DNA of 64,000 bases, taken from a virus. The stretch is from positions 1 to 64,000 of IMG/VR virus record IMGVR_UViG_3300034101_003783; one strand, given 5' to 3'. Position 1 is the stretch's first letter. Each line of letters begins with the position of its first letter. The position numbers and the translations under genes were made by a program. Positions 1-11,300 of this stretch are shown piece after piece. The notes under the pieces are model-generated. The model searched no databases and was not told the DNA's origin. It was given only the letters and a program-made list of their open reading frames with translations.

Positions 1-114
1 TGTCATAACAATCTTGCCATCAGAATTATAATAAAAATCTTTTGGTTGTAATTTCGGACCAAATTCTCTAACATATAATTGTTGTACCCAATCTTTTGAA
101 GCTCCTACGTTCAT
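1..114 (-). CDS. Partial small protein, DUF5522-like (runs off left edge)
   Basis: Manual translation MNVGASKDWVQQLYVREFGPKLQPKDFYYNSDGKIVMT...; DFYY..G..V.T resembles the DUF5522 N-terminus; not in ORF track. Confidence 0.55.
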   Translation of the reverse strand, partial: MNVGASKDWVQQLYVREFGPKLQPKDFYYNSDGKIVMT

Positions 115-136
115 TTTAATTTATTTTTCTAAGATT

Positions 137-174
137 ATATAACGCTAACAATACTTGATATGTTAGCGTTATAT
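137..174 (-). terminator. 14-bp perfect hairpin downstream of nrdJ (terminator or RNA processing/stability element)
   Basis: atataacgctaaca (137-150) / tgttagcgttatat (161-174), 10-nt loop. Confidence 0.6.
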
Positions 175-198
175 TATTACCCCAAGTTACTTTCATTG

Positions 199-2058
199 TT
201 ATACAATTTCACAAGCTCCACCAGCACATGCGGCTTCACCTCTAAGGTCTGTATTATCTTGTAACTCAACTACTTTTGTTAAATCAACATCTTTCAATGT
301 TCCCAATAATCTATCAAAATCTTCTTTCGTACAATCTTCAAATGGTGCTTGTGTGTATGTTCCACCGTTATATGGTAATACAGATAATCCGTTATAGAAT
401 TTACGATTGTTCCACATCCATTCGCCTACCAATTCCCATTCGTCTTCTTTAATTGAAACTGTTGCGGATACGTTATGCGTATTTTGTCCTGTTCTATGTC
501 CGTTTTTAATCCATTCTTGTGCAACTTTTTTAACTCTCTCTAACATTTGAAATACTGATTCATACCTTAAAATTGATCCTTCAGGAGCGTGTTGTGGGAT
601 AGTAATCACTGCAGTGTCATGTGGGCGGAAATACTCATCTTCAACTAATTCTGGGTGATTAATTGCAAGGTATGTGTAAATTGCCTCATTTTTTCCAACA
701 CGGATTCTTCTTAAATAATAGTCATTATGCCAAGCATGAATTCCTGATGAGGTTCCCAAAACTAATGACGAAGTTCCTGATGGTTTTACTGTTGTTGTAC
801 GTGCGGACTTATTTATTCCAATAAGTTCAGCAACTCTTTCATTTTCTTGTTTAACGGCTTCAGCGGCCGCTTTCATATCATACCCCAAAACAACACCAGA
901 ACCAATACCTGTCATACCAACACCAATAAGTGCGTCCTTTTCTGTTGTACGTTTCCATACGTCTCTTAAATAATGAAAATCTGTATATCCCGCTTGTAAA
1001 GTTCCAATAAACGCCGCCCCTTTTACTCTTTGTTCAAAATCCTCTTGTGATTCAATATCTGAAGCATTTACTTCACATAGATTACAGAATTGGTATGGTC
1101 TAAGTGCAATCTCACAACATGGATTAGTTCCCCAATCTTTATCGTTAGAAAGATAAATTCCTGGTTCTCCTGCTCCTGATAATTCAATACGTTTCCAAAG
1201 ATCCATAAAAAACTCTTTAGTAATTTTGTGACGAAGAAGTACCGCTGAATTATTCGCTCTACCTCTTTGTGCGTTTTGTTCCCACCAATTGCCTGATTTA
1301 CAAGAAATCATTTCTTCATCATCCGCAGAAAATAATGATATAAGAGCCGCTCTTCTGATGCCTCCCGCTAATACCGCATCCGCAATATGACAAACAATAT
1401 CATGGGTTTCGATTGGAGTTAGTTTCTCCCCATCATTTTTATTTTCAAATACTTTTGTAATGTTATGAATACAATCTTTTAATGGTTGAGGTCCTGGCGC
1501 TTTGCCCCCTGAAGTTACTAATAATGCTCCTTTCTGACGTACATCAGAATAATCAAAAACAGGAGTTGATGACTTTGATCCCATATAAGATTCAACCAAT
1601 ACTTTAATTGCATCTGCCCATCCTTCAATGGAATCACCAATAAGGTATCTTCTTGTTCTTGTTGGGTTTGGTTTTTTAATTTCTGGTAGTTTATCTACGT
1701 GATGTTTTTGTACCGAAAATCCAACACCTGTACCACCTAAAAGTAGGAACATAGTTTCTGAAAATGCGTCAGTATGATCTACAGGTAAATAAGCACAGTT
1801 GTAAACTCTGTTTGGCGAGATTTCAATTGGTTTACCACCAAACTGTAACGATCTCATAGATGGGAGAATTTTTTTATCGTATACCATTTTATATACTTCT
1901 TCAATCTCATCTTTAATATGTGGGTATTTTTTTTGGTGCATTTCTTTGTTTCTTGTAACCAATTCTTCCCACGTTTCCCTTCTATTTAATTCAGGGACAA
2001 ATTTAGCGTATTTCATATACACTGTAATATCACTTAATATTTTTTGTGAAATATCCAT
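199..2058 (-). CDS. nrdJ: Class II (adenosylcobalamin-dependent) ribonucleotide reductase, monomeric RTPR type
   Basis: YNC, GGxRRxA, TNPCCE catalytic loop, TTVKPSGT, C-terminal CAGGACE redox pair; no beta subunit gene nearby. Confidence 0.93.
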   Translation of the reverse strand: MDISQKILSDITVYMKYAKFVPELNRRETWEELVTRNKEMHQKKYPHIKDEIEEVYKMVYDKKILPSMRSLQFGGKPIEISPNRVYNCAYLPVDHTDAFSETMFLLLGGTGVGFSVQKHHVDKLPEIKKPNPTRTRRYLIGDSIEGWADAIKVLVESYMGSKSSTPVFDYSDVRQKGALLVTSGGKAPGPQPLKDCIHNITKVFENKNDGEKLTPIETHDIVCHIADAVLAGGIRRAALISLFSADDEEMISCKSGNWWEQNAQRGRANNSAVLLRHKITKEFFMDLWKRIELSGAGEPGIYLSNDKDWGTNPCCEIALRPYQFCNLCEVNASDIESQEDFEQRVKGAAFIGTLQAGYTDFHYLRDVWKRTTEKDALIGVGMTGIGSGVVLGYDMKAAAEAVKQENERVAELIGINKSARTTTVKPSGTSSLVLGTSSGIHAWHNDYYLRRIRVGKNEAIYTYLAINHPELVEDEYFRPHDTAVITIPQHAPEGSILRYESVFQMLERVKKVAQEWIKNGHRTGQNTHNVSATVSIKEDEWELVGEWMWNNRKFYNGLSVLPYNGGTYTQAPFEDCTKEDFDRLLGTLKDVDLTKVVELQDNTDLRGEAACAGGACEIV

Positions 2059-2083
2059 TTTATGTAATTTTAATTATTTTTAT

Positions 2084-3472
2084 TTATTCTGATTTTTTTT
2101 GTTGTTCTCGTTCTTTCCTTTTTTCTAACAATTCTTTCACTCTTTGTCTTTGTCTTTCTTCTTTCTGTTCCTCAAGACCTAAGAATGTTGTTGTTGATTC
2201 AGTATCAATGTCTATCATTGCGTTATCAAATTTACAATTTTCAAAAACCACACCATCATCTCCGATACGAGATTTGGTAATTGCAATTGTGGCCAATTTC
2301 ATTTCTTTTTGTTGTAATGTTTTTGCTACTGAAATAATTACGTGACCCACTTGAGCCTTTTTAATAGATCCACCCATTTGATCTGTTGTAACAACTTCTG
2401 ATGATATTGATTGTCTATTACCTTGTGTTGCGGTCCAACCAACAATGTTTAATTCGTGACACATAGCCTCAAACCCTCTCATTACCGATCCCTCACTCTT
2501 CCATTCATCACCTAAGTTCTTATCCGGAACTATACAATCAATATAATCTAAAACCACCATATCAATCTTAGTTCCATCTGCAATCATCTTTCTTATTTCA
2601 TTCTTAATTTGCAACATAGTCTTAGTGTCCGATGGTAGTTTTTTTAAGATTAACTCATTTGGCATTGTTTCCTTAATTTCTTTTACCTTAGTCATCACCT
2701 CATCCTTTTTTTCTGACAATTCGTCAGGGTGAATCTTTGTCCAGAGTGTAAAATGTTTTCTCTGTATCACTTTTGGGTTGTCTTCAAAGAATACTTGAAG
2801 TACGTTAAATCCTAGGTTAAATGCGTGGTTTGAGATCTTTGTTAGAATAGTAGACTTTCCTACACCAGTAGGTGCTAATATTACACCAATTTCCCCTTTT
2901 GCTAATCCTCCTTTTAACAACCTATCAATACCTGGTATTCCCATTGGGATTGGGTGTCTATAGTCATCATCCAAGACTTGGTCTAAGTTTGAGAATACAT
3001 CTAACATTGATGTATCTTTAGAACCTACAAGTAACGCTTCTCTAACCATTTCTTCTAAAGTATCGTAGTTTTCAAATTCACCCCCATCAATAATTTTTTG
3101 GGCCTTTTTCATGACTTTAGTTAACTCTTGTTGTTTACAGAATTTTAGAGCCTTTTCTTGTACAAAAGATACCCCATCAACAGGGGCATCCTTGATTTTC
3201 TTGACCGTATCAAGAACTACTTTAACCGCAGTTTCTTGTTGTAATTCGGATTTTGCGACTTGTTCTAATGTATCAAATGATGGGGTGTGATCATATTTTT
3301 TATAATACTCCTTTATCATTTGAATTATTATCTTAAAGTACTTATTCTCAAAATAATTGTTCTCAATTACATCAATAATTGAATGAGAAAAGTCTTTATC
3401 TAAAATGATTTGATTTAGTAATTGAATCTGAAAATTATTACCGAGATATTCAAAATTTTTATTAGTCGCCAT
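2084..3472 (-). CDS. Replicative DnaB/gp41-like helicase
   Basis: Walker A APTGVGKS, Walker B VVLDYID, WTATQGNR, KSR arginine finger. Confidence 0.92.
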   Translation of the reverse strand: MATNKNFEYLGNNFQIQLLNQIILDKDFSHSIIDVIENNYFENKYFKIIIQMIKEYYKKYDHTPSFDTLEQVAKSELQQETAVKVVLDTVKKIKDAPVDGVSFVQEKALKFCKQQELTKVMKKAQKIIDGGEFENYDTLEEMVREALLVGSKDTSMLDVFSNLDQVLDDDYRHPIPMGIPGIDRLLKGGLAKGEIGVILAPTGVGKSTILTKISNHAFNLGFNVLQVFFEDNPKVIQRKHFTLWTKIHPDELSEKKDEVMTKVKEIKETMPNELILKKLPSDTKTMLQIKNEIRKMIADGTKIDMVVLDYIDCIVPDKNLGDEWKSEGSVMRGFEAMCHELNIVGWTATQGNRQSISSEVVTTDQMGGSIKKAQVGHVIISVAKTLQQKEMKLATIAITKSRIGDDGVVFENCKFDNAMIDIDTESTTTFLGLEEQKEERQRQRVKELLEKRKEREQQKKSE

Positions 3473-3505
3473 ATTTTTTCTTTATGTTAGTAATGATAAA
3501 TACTA

Positions 3506-3961
3506 CTAATTTTGAATAAATTGAGGATAAAAATAATTAAATTTTTTACCTGAAAAAATGTCAGTTAAGTCTGTTAATACTTGTTTTAGTTTTGGGCGTA
3601 GATCCACAGTATATCTTACCTTTGGTGGGTATACTTTTGCATCAAACGACCTCTGACAAATTGTCATGTTTTCTACCTTAATATAAAGGTTAAAATTTTC
3701 TTGACCTTCAGTTATTGATGTGTTCAATACTTCAGGGTTCTCAGTAATTTCATATCTGTTTTCCAACATATAAACTACTGATCTCATTTTTAAATCATAC
3801 TTAAGTTCATTACAAAATGTTTTAATAAAATCGTAAAACTCTTCTGATTTGTGGGCATTTTTATTAAACCCTTTAACATTAAAAAATCTTTGTACTACGA
3901 TGTTATCATTACACATCAACAAAAATTCTAATTTAGTTACTTCTTGTTCTTTCATTTTCAT
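3506..3961 (-). CDS. Hypothetical protein in the replication operon
   Basis: 151-aa ORF coupled to the upstream exonuclease (overlap 3958-3961). Confidence 0.75.
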   Translation of the reverse strand: MKMKEQEVTKLEFLLMCNDNIVVQRFFNVKGFNKNAHKSEEFYDFIKTFCNELKYDLKMRSVVYMLENRYEITENPEVLNTSITEGQENFNLYIKVENMTICQRSFDAKVYPPKVRYTVDLRPKLKQVLTDLTDIFSGKKFNYFYPQFIQN

Positions 3962-4974
3962 TTTTTTGTTCTGTTTCTAAAATTTGTTTTTTCTTTTCTT
4001 GATAATTTTAAAAATGGCTTTAAGAAATTAACCCAAGCATCATCCCCTTTTGGTAAAAATTTAAAGAATCCATCATTCATCATCATTCTAATTAAGTTTC
4101 TATACCCTCTACCGTCAGGATCCAATGACTCAGAATAATATAACCTAACTAATTCTTTTCCTTCTTCACTTATTAATGGTTTTGATAAATCTACTAATTT
4201 ATCATTAATAGTAAAAAACTCATCACCAAATATACCTTCTTTAGTTTTTCCCGTTAAAAGATTTTGTATGGCAACATTCCCTTTTTGTTCTAAAAGTAAC
4301 TTTTCTGCCTTTTTTAAAATATCGGTATAATTGATCTCAGTTTCAAGTATTTCGGGAAATAATTTTAAAAAAGTTTTTTCACCTAAATAAAAAATACCAT
4401 CAATATTATCTGAATTATCTCCTGTTAATATCTTGTAAGTTTTAATATTATAATGTGGTATTTCAGATTCATAAATTTTAATTTTATCCCCATTACGATA
4501 GTACCTCTTCTGTTGTGGGGAATATATTGTAACTTTATCTGAAATTAATTGAGTTAAATCTCTATCTGAAGAAAATATTGTTTTATCTTCATCTTCCGAA
4601 ATTTGACAATAGTATGCAATCAAATCATCGGCTTCAGATTTATCAATCTCAAGTTGTCTTACAAACATTTCCTCAAGATATTCTTTTACTCTATTTTTTT
4701 GATTTGAGAAGGACTGTTCTTTAAAGTCCTCTTCATTTTTTTGTTTTCTATTAAGTTTGTATTTGGGATAGATCAATCTTCTTTCGCTTGATGATGTATC
4801 GCTATCCCAAAATACCACTACCTTATTATAATTACTTTCTTCTAAAAATTTTCTTAAAGTGTTAAGAAAATGCCATGTTCCCCCAACGTGTTCTGTTCCG
4901 TTAAAAAAATCTTTAACACCATGAAAACCAATTTTTAATAAATTATTCCCGTCTACTAATAGGGTTTTAGTCAT
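3958..4974 (-). CDS. 5'-3' exonuclease / flap endonuclease (T4 RNase H / Pol I N-terminal type)
   Basis: LLVDGNN, YPKYKxNR, EADDLIA, SSDRDLTQL, GDNSDNIDGI motifs. Confidence 0.93.
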   Translation of the reverse strand: MTKTLLVDGNNLLKIGFHGVKDFFNGTEHVGGTWHFLNTLRKFLEESNYNKVVVFWDSDTSSSERRLIYPKYKLNRKQKNEEDFKEQSFSNQKNRVKEYLEEMFVRQLEIDKSEADDLIAYYCQISEDEDKTIFSSDRDLTQLISDKVTIYSPQQKRYYRNGDKIKIYESEIPHYNIKTYKILTGDNSDNIDGIFYLGEKTFLKLFPEILETEINYTDILKKAEKLLLEQKGNVAIQNLLTGKTKEGIFGDEFFTINDKLVDLSKPLISEEGKELVRLYYSESLDPDGRGYRNLIRMMMNDGFFKFLPKGDDAWVNFLKPFLKLSRKEKTNFRNRTKK

Positions 4975-4999
4975 TTTCTGTATTATTACAGGGTTGTTA

Positions 5000-6007
5000 C
5001 TATTCTACTTCTTCTTTTTCTGACTTTAATTCAAAGTCACCATCCACTCCAATTATCTCTTTCCAATAATCGGCATATTCTTTTTTATATTGCTCAATAG
5101 ATGCCTTTTCTTCTGTTGTATCTTTTCCAGGTAAAAACCCATGAGGAGTTACTATTATTTTACCATCCTCAAATCCAAGACCATTAATATGGTTTTTTAA
5201 TACAGATACTTTTGTTCTTGATGCAAATTTAACGGTACGTTTGTCTTTAGTTGCGGTTATTTTAGTTGTGCCGGCACCTTTTTGATTTCCAAATAAAAAA
5301 ACTAAAGATGAGTTTAACCAAATTGCTTCTCCACCTTTTGCTTTTATTTTTGGTTGACCAAATGGATTATCAGGTAATTCAACCCAAGGTTGGTTAACAA
5401 TTATTAAAGTATTTTCATACTTTGAGTCCGCCTTTCTTGAACCTGAAATTCTTTGATTGATTCCCATACCAATTTTATCAGCTAAAACACTTGCATTATG
5501 TTGTTTACCACCTTTACCGTCATATGTCATTTTACAAGGTACTGATCCGACTGAATCCCACATAATACATAATGAATAATCCAATTCTCCTTTATCTTGT
5601 GCATCTAATAAATCATTAATATAATCGGTAATTTGTTCAATATAATCAAAGTTATTATTAAATAAGAAAAATCCATCCCATCCAATTTCTCCTGTTTCCT
5701 CATCAACAACTTCTTCACATTCTAACCCCATTAATCTTGAGTGCTCAAAAGACCACTTTTGTTCTGTTATTATAAAAACAGGTAGTATTCCTTTTTTTTG
5801 AGAGTCAACCGCGGTTTTAATAAGTGCTGTTGTTTTACCGGTATCTGAATGACCTAATAACATATTTAGATGCCCAATTGCGGGCCCAGGTAGCCCAACC
5901 GCATCTAAAAACTCAGGTCCAAGATCAAAAAATCTTTGTGGTTTATATTTTGCTGATGTTGAAAATTTTTTCTTTAGTGAACTAAAATCATTCTTTTTAA
6001 TTGCCAT
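5000..6007 (-). CDS. RecA/UvsX-like recombinase
   Basis: Walker A GHSDTGKT, WDSVG, IIVNQ, GGEAI, KNH motifs. Confidence 0.88.
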   Translation of the reverse strand: MAIKKNDFSSLKKKFSTSAKYKPQRFFDLGPEFLDAVGLPGPAIGHLNMLLGHSDTGKTTALIKTAVDSQKKGILPVFIITEQKWSFEHSRLMGLECEEVVDEETGEIGWDGFFLFNNNFDYIEQITDYINDLLDAQDKGELDYSLCIMWDSVGSVPCKMTYDGKGGKQHNASVLADKIGMGINQRISGSRKADSKYENTLIIVNQPWVELPDNPFGQPKIKAKGGEAIWLNSSLVFLFGNQKGAGTTKITATKDKRTVKFASRTKVSVLKNHINGLGFEDGKIIVTPHGFLPGKDTTEEKASIEQYKKEYADYWKEIIGVDGDFELKSEKEEVE

Positions 6008-6008
6008 T

Positions 6009-6293
6009 TTATTCTCCTTTTTGTTTGTTTAAAACTTCTAACATTTCTTCGGTTATTTCAAATTTTTCCTCTTTTTTAATATTGTACTTATAAACAACTT
6101 CCAACATTTCTAATTTATCTTTAGCGTTTGTCATTTTTTCAACAAACTTATCCATTTCTTCTAAATGTTGTGGGTGCTCACCAATACCAACAGGATTATT
6201 AAAATAAATTAAAAGGGTGGCTTCGGCCTCTGCCATTTCAGATCTATACTTTAAGCATAGAGACTCGTACATTTTTTCGCTTATTTTATTCAT
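6009..6293 (-). CDS. Hypothetical small helical phage protein
   Basis: 94-aa ORF with a NPVGIGEHP motif, tightly packed in the operon. Confidence 0.75.
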   Translation of the reverse strand: MNKISEKMYESLCLKYRSEMAEAEATLLIYFNNPVGIGEHPQHLEEMDKFVEKMTNAKDKLEMLEVVYKYNIKKEEKFEITEEMLEVLNKQKGE

Positions 6294-6313
6294 ATTTTTT
6301 AATTTTAAGAAAT

Positions 6314-6351
6314 ATAACTTGGGTGTAAATTTTAATAAACACCCAAGTTAT
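6314..6351 (-). terminator. 13-bp hairpin downstream of the SSB gene
   Basis: ataacttgggtgt / acacccaagttat inverted repeat. Confidence 0.65.
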
Positions 6352-6357
6352 CTAATA

Positions 6358-7221
6358 TTAGAATGGTAATTCCTCATCCACATCATCATTAACTTGTGGA
6401 TCTTCAACTTGATTGATTGTTTTTTTTCCTCCACCAATAGAAACTGATGATTCTTCATCGTTAGAATAAATGTACTTTCCAGCGTCTGAATCCCATCTTG
6501 GGGTTTCTCCTCTTGCTATTGATTCTAAATATTCTGTTGGTTTTTTAGAGTATACATCTTCCCAACCTAATTCATCTGTAATCCATTCAGACATTTTTTC
6601 TTCGTCTGTATGAACAGGTGATGGGTCGTCATACATAACAGTCTGAATAACAGTATAGAAAGCCCCTTTTGGTGTTTTTGCTTTTGTTAATTCAAGAATA
6701 AGGTCTCTTCCTTTTTCGGCGTCAGCAACATCACCTTTAGCTTTGTATATAGGAATAATTTTATCAAAAATTCCTTCTTGTTTGTAGTTGTGTTTGAATC
6801 GCCAAAATTTAGGTCCATCTTGTTCGTTATCACGGTCAATAACTTTAACAATATAAAACTTACGAGGTTTATATTGTTTGGCAAGTTCTTTATCAGATTC
6901 TTTACCCGTTGACATTAACTCATCATAAACCTCACTTAATGGTGATCTTTCATTATCATTTTTTCCTGGATCGTAAAATTTCTGCCATTTACCATCAACC
7001 AAGATTTCATGAAACCAAACTTCTTTAAATGGTGAGGATCCGTCTGATGTAGGTAATATACGGATTCTTTTTTGTGCCTGTTTTTCGTTGTCTTTAAGTA
7101 TTGCGGCAAAATACTTTTTCAATCTTTCTTCTTGTGACATTTTTGAAGTGGAAGAAGTGCCACTTTGTTTTGAGCTTTCATACTGTGCCAAAACTGCATC
7201 TAAAACATTGTTTGTCGCCAT
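6358..7221 (-). CDS. Single-stranded DNA-binding protein, T4 gp32-like
   Basis: RIRILP...PF.E.WFH, VIDR, GRDL motifs; acidic C-terminus ending DEELPF; next to recombinase. Confidence 0.82.
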   Translation of the reverse strand: MATNNVLDAVLAQYESSKQSGTSSTSKMSQEERLKKYFAAILKDNEKQAQKRIRILPTSDGSSPFKEVWFHEILVDGKWQKFYDPGKNDNERSPLSEVYDELMSTGKESDKELAKQYKPRKFYIVKVIDRDNEQDGPKFWRFKHNYKQEGIFDKIIPIYKAKGDVADAEKGRDLILELTKAKTPKGAFYTVIQTVMYDDPSPVHTDEEKMSEWITDELGWEDVYSKKPTEYLESIARGETPRWDSDAGKYIYSNDEESSVSIGGGKKTINQVEDPQVNDDVDEELPF

Positions 7222-7301
7222 ATTATTATATTATTTAAAAGTTTACTATAGAAATATAAGTTATAAAATTGTCGCAGTCAATAAATAAAAATTAAAAAAC
7301 A

Positions 7302-7329
7302 AAAAAGAGATTATTTAAATCCCTTTTTT
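7302..7329 (-). terminator. Imperfect hairpin with A/T tails, probable terminator after the tail/virion operon
   Basis: aaaaaagagatt-attt-aaatcccttttttt just downstream of the 7335 stop. Confidence 0.4.
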
Positions 7330-7334
7330 GTTTA

Positions 7335-8048
7335 TCACATCATATCTTCTTCATCTTGTCCGTACTCATTAAAGGTATCTTCAATTTGATCGGGGGAAAA
7401 TTGTTTTACTTCATCAGAGGTTAAAACATATTCATTTTTTCCTGATCTTTCCATTTCTTCTTGTTTATCAACAAAAAAATCAGATAATTTTTGTTTAAAT
7501 GGTCCTGAATCTAAACTTCTAAGTTCTAATTTTTCTTGTGGAGTTTTAGGTTTATATCTTTCTATTTTATCTTCAATAGACGAAAGTCTATTTGTAAGTC
7601 CATCCATTTCTTTTAATTTACTATCCATTGCCTCTAATTGTTTAAATAGATTTTGGAAGTACTCTTCTTGTTTATCTTCAATGTTTTTTTGTGCGGTCAC
7701 TAGATCTGTAATATCTAATTCTTCTTCTTCACCTTCTCCTTCATCACCAACTTCTTCGACATCAGGATCTGTTTTTGTGTCTATAGGTTGTGGTGCTCCT
7801 CCTTCAGGTGCTCCTCCTGCTGGTGGCGCTCCTCCTTCAGGTGCTCCTCCTGCTGGTGGTGCTCCTCCTGCCATTGGGTCTTCTCCTCCTGCTGGTGGTG
7901 CTCCTCCTGCCATTGGGTCTTCTCCTCCCGCTGGTGGTGCTCCTAAATCAGCTAAAGGGTCCTCACCTGGGGCTCCCTGTTCTATAATATATTTACTAAT
8001 AAATTTAACTCTTTTAATTTCTTCTAAAATTTTTTTATCTATATTCAT
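7335..8048 (-). CDS. Acidic, low-complexity protein with Pro/Ala/Gly repeats and a coiled coil (possible head core/scaffold-type)
   Basis: KKILEE...IIEQ N-terminus, PAGG repeats, EEEELDIT, coiled-coil C-half. Confidence 0.7.
   Translation of the reverse strand: MNIDKKILEEIKRVKFISKYIIEQGAPGEDPLADLGAPPAGGEDPMAGGAPPAGGEDPMAGGAPPAGGAPEGGAPPAGGAPEGGAPQPIDTKTDPDVEEVGDEGEGEEEELDITDLVTAQKNIEDKQEEYFQNLFKQLEAMDSKLKEMDGLTNRLSSIEDKIERYKPKTPQEKLELRSLDSGPFKQKLSDFFVDKQEEMERSGKNEYVLTSDEVKQFSPDQIEDTFNEYGQDEEDMM
7792..7943 (-). repeat. Coding tandem repeats (39-bp and 33-bp units)
   Basis: PAGGEDPMAGGAP x2 and PAGGAPEGGAP x2; locally GC-rich. Confidence 0.9.
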
Positions 8049-8049
8049 T

Positions 8050-8274
8050 TTATCCGTTTAATAAAGTTTTTATTCCAGATTTTGTTTCAACCTGAATTTT
8101 TTTAAATTGTTTCATTGTGTTATCAACTCTTTCAATTAGTCCATCTTTTATTCTAACTGTATAACAGTCGCCAGTATCTAAATCACATACTTCTTTAAAT
8201 CCATTACCAGTATCTTTTTCTGATATTCTTGTATTTTTACCTAAGTAATTATCCAATATTAATTTTGTATTCAT
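8050..8274 (-). CDS. Hypothetical protein
   Basis: 74-aa ORF (CDLDTGDC motif) with a TATTTAT element upstream. Confidence 0.7.
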   Translation of the reverse strand: MNTKLILDNYLGKNTRISEKDTGNGFKEVCDLDTGDCYTVRIKDGLIERVDNTMKQFKKIQVETKSGIKTLLNG

Positions 8275-8322
8275 AGTTATATTATTTTATTTATAAATAT
8301 ATCAATTGGTGTAAATGTTTTT

Positions 8323-11300
8323 TTAACTTCCTAAGTTTAATTGATTTGCAAAATTTATTGCTTCTGTAATTTCTTTAGATAATAAATCTTTGTCGGTTTT
8401 TTGTAATAAATTATATACATCGTCTTTTACTTCATTTGGCCAATATTTAATATAAAGTTTAGCAAAACCTTCTATAACGGATTGTGGTGGAGTTGACGAA
8501 GTTAGTATTGCTTGTGTTAAATTACTTAAGAAAGGGTCTCCTCCATTTGCAAAAGTATAAAATCTATTACTTAAAACTTGTATTGAATCTTTGATTGAAT
8601 TAAATGCTGCAATAGGTTTTGGGCTTCCATTTCCACTGGTTTGACAAAAATAATTTTTAGTAACTTTATTAATATAATCACTATTTGTTATATCATATTT
8701 TTGATCTAAAGGTATGTTACCAAAATTATATGAATTAATTAAAAATTTATTATTTGCTTTGTCACCATTAGAAATGTAACCTATAATAAATGTAAAATAC
8801 CTTAGTGCAATGTTATTGTTACTAACATTATTGTTAAATAAAACATCAACAACACTTTTAATTGTTGTTGCAATACCTGAAGGACTAACCGATGTTGCGG
8901 TAGATGCAGTATATGTAAATACATCAAATGGTGATTTTAATAATTGACCACAATTACTTTGTGTGTTTACTGTATTTTGTGGTCCGCCTATAGTTTCAAC
9001 TTTACTTGTTTGTTGTGCTATTATATTTGTTGATATGTTGGCTGATACTTCAGTCTTAACTTTTGTTAAAAGGGGTGTTACAAAATTTTTATATATTGTT
9101 TGTAAATATGAATCTTGAGTTGATATTTCATAAACAGGTTGTCTTGTTCCTGAAAATGTTGTGGAAAATATTCCTGGAGATATTGTATGAGATACATTTT
9201 GTATTTGATATGGTCCAGAAAACATAGGTACATTTCTTAAATTAAAATACATTTTAGGTTGTATTAAAGCATTTCCCATCATAGACACGTCACAAGTATA
9301 AACTCTATATTTATATAAATTATACATAGACTGACTTTGTGGTGTAACATTTATACCTCCAGCCTGATTAGCGGTATATTCTAACATTTTTATTTCTTCT
9401 GCGGTTTTTTGTCCTGAATTCATATTAACATCAAAACTATTAAAAATACCTTGGTTTTGTCTACCAATATCCATATTAAATGCAACTAACTTATTAGATT
9501 GACCCCAATCTTGTTTTTTACTTTGATTTTCTATCAAAGGATTTTCAGATTGTCTATTTAATTGGAATACGTCGTTTCTAAAATCACTATTTGGTATATC
9601 TAAATTTTTACTTGCCTCATTTGCAAATGTACATACCATTTTAGTTTTAGAATTTCTGTAATCAACATTTAAAAATGTACCAAAAATATCATTAGCAATA
9701 GAAGTAGATCCTTGATTTGATGGGTTTGGTCTAACGGTAACATCATTAACATCATAATAGTTCACATAACCAGCGTAATCCTGTACATTAAAACCTGATG
9801 CCACTATTAAGTCTTTAAGCATCATTAAAAGTTGCATATCAGGATTTTTTAAAATTAATCCTTCAAGTTTATCTTTCCATAAGACAACATCACAATATAC
9901 TTCACCTCCTATGTTTCTTGATGCTCTATCTAAAAATAAAAAATCTTCAAATAAAGAATTTTCTTTGTAGTCGTTTCCAGCAATCCACTTATCATTAACA
10001 CTTTTTATTTTTTCCCAAGTCTCTATTCTTCCTATATTTCCTGTATAGTTTGCCTTATTGGGTACTGGAGTTATAGTTTGTGTTGGTAAGTTTTTAAGTA
10101 CTTCAGGCATTAATGTGTTAATAATATTATTTTTAAATAAATTACAACTTTCAAAATAATTCTTTAGAGATTCTCTTAATTTAAATTCATTAAATGTATT
10201 ATCGTTTAATTTTTGTGTTGCGTAAATTTTAATTATAGGCGCAAAATCTTTTATATTTTCAACAGAAAAAGAAATATCTAAATCAATAAAAAAATCGGTA
10301 ATAAAAGAACCCGTATTACTATATATAAGTTGAGGTATTGTTGAGAATCCTACATATGTTTCTAACGCTCTCCATTCGTCCGGGTAAGCATTTTGAGATT
10401 GAGCTAATGTTGTTGTGCCGTTTATTGATGGTAAAGCATAAGGTGTGTCTAAATTATATGATTTTGGTCTAATTTTATCCACTAAAGGTAAGTCCGTAAA
10501 ACTATAAAAAACTCTTTTATTATAACATGATGGATTACCATTATTAAATAACATGTCATAGTTTATAAATTTATTAACTATATCGTAAATAGAAACAATC
10601 TGTTGTCCTCTAATTTTACTTATAACAATATCACTGTTTGTTTCTCCAATAAATATTGATTCAGGTATTTTAAACATTTCCGTTGCAAGTAATTGGAAAT
10701 TTCTATATTTTATCAATATTGAGTCTTCGGCAGATGGACTTCCTTGTGGTGTTTTAATTATGTTAATATAATCATATTTAGATTTAGAAAAATTTAAAAA
10801 ATGTTCTTCAAACAAATCTAATATACCTCTTTCAAAAACAGAAAAAATCTCATCTATTTTACTATATTTTGTGGTATCTCCATTAATTGAAAAATTCTGT
10901 TGTTTTTCTTTATCTAATAATATTGTTTTTAAATACTCGTCGGGTGAATTTATAGCCAATCTATTATTATCAAAATAACCATAATTAGGTAAAGCCCAAA
11001 ACATTCTTACTGATCCATTAAATACCGCCGGATTATTTTTTACTTCTGTTTTTAATTTTTGTTGACCATCAGGCCCTGTAAAACACTCATATTTAGTTTG
11101 ATTAAAACTTGACCCAAATGAAGGTGTTATAAAATAATTAGATCCATTGTCATCTTTAAGTAAAGTAAAAAATGTAGAAATTTTAAGTGCCCTATTTGGG
11201 TCTGAGTTATCAAAACCAAAGTCATAGTTTAATAAAGAATTATTAGAAAAGTTTAAATATAAATTTTTATTATCTATATTTTCTTGTATTTCTAAATCCG

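Noticed and set aside
7681-8061. Plus-strand ORFs 7681..8061 and 7790..7987
   Set aside because: Antisense shadows of the GC-rich PAGG repeat in 7335..8048
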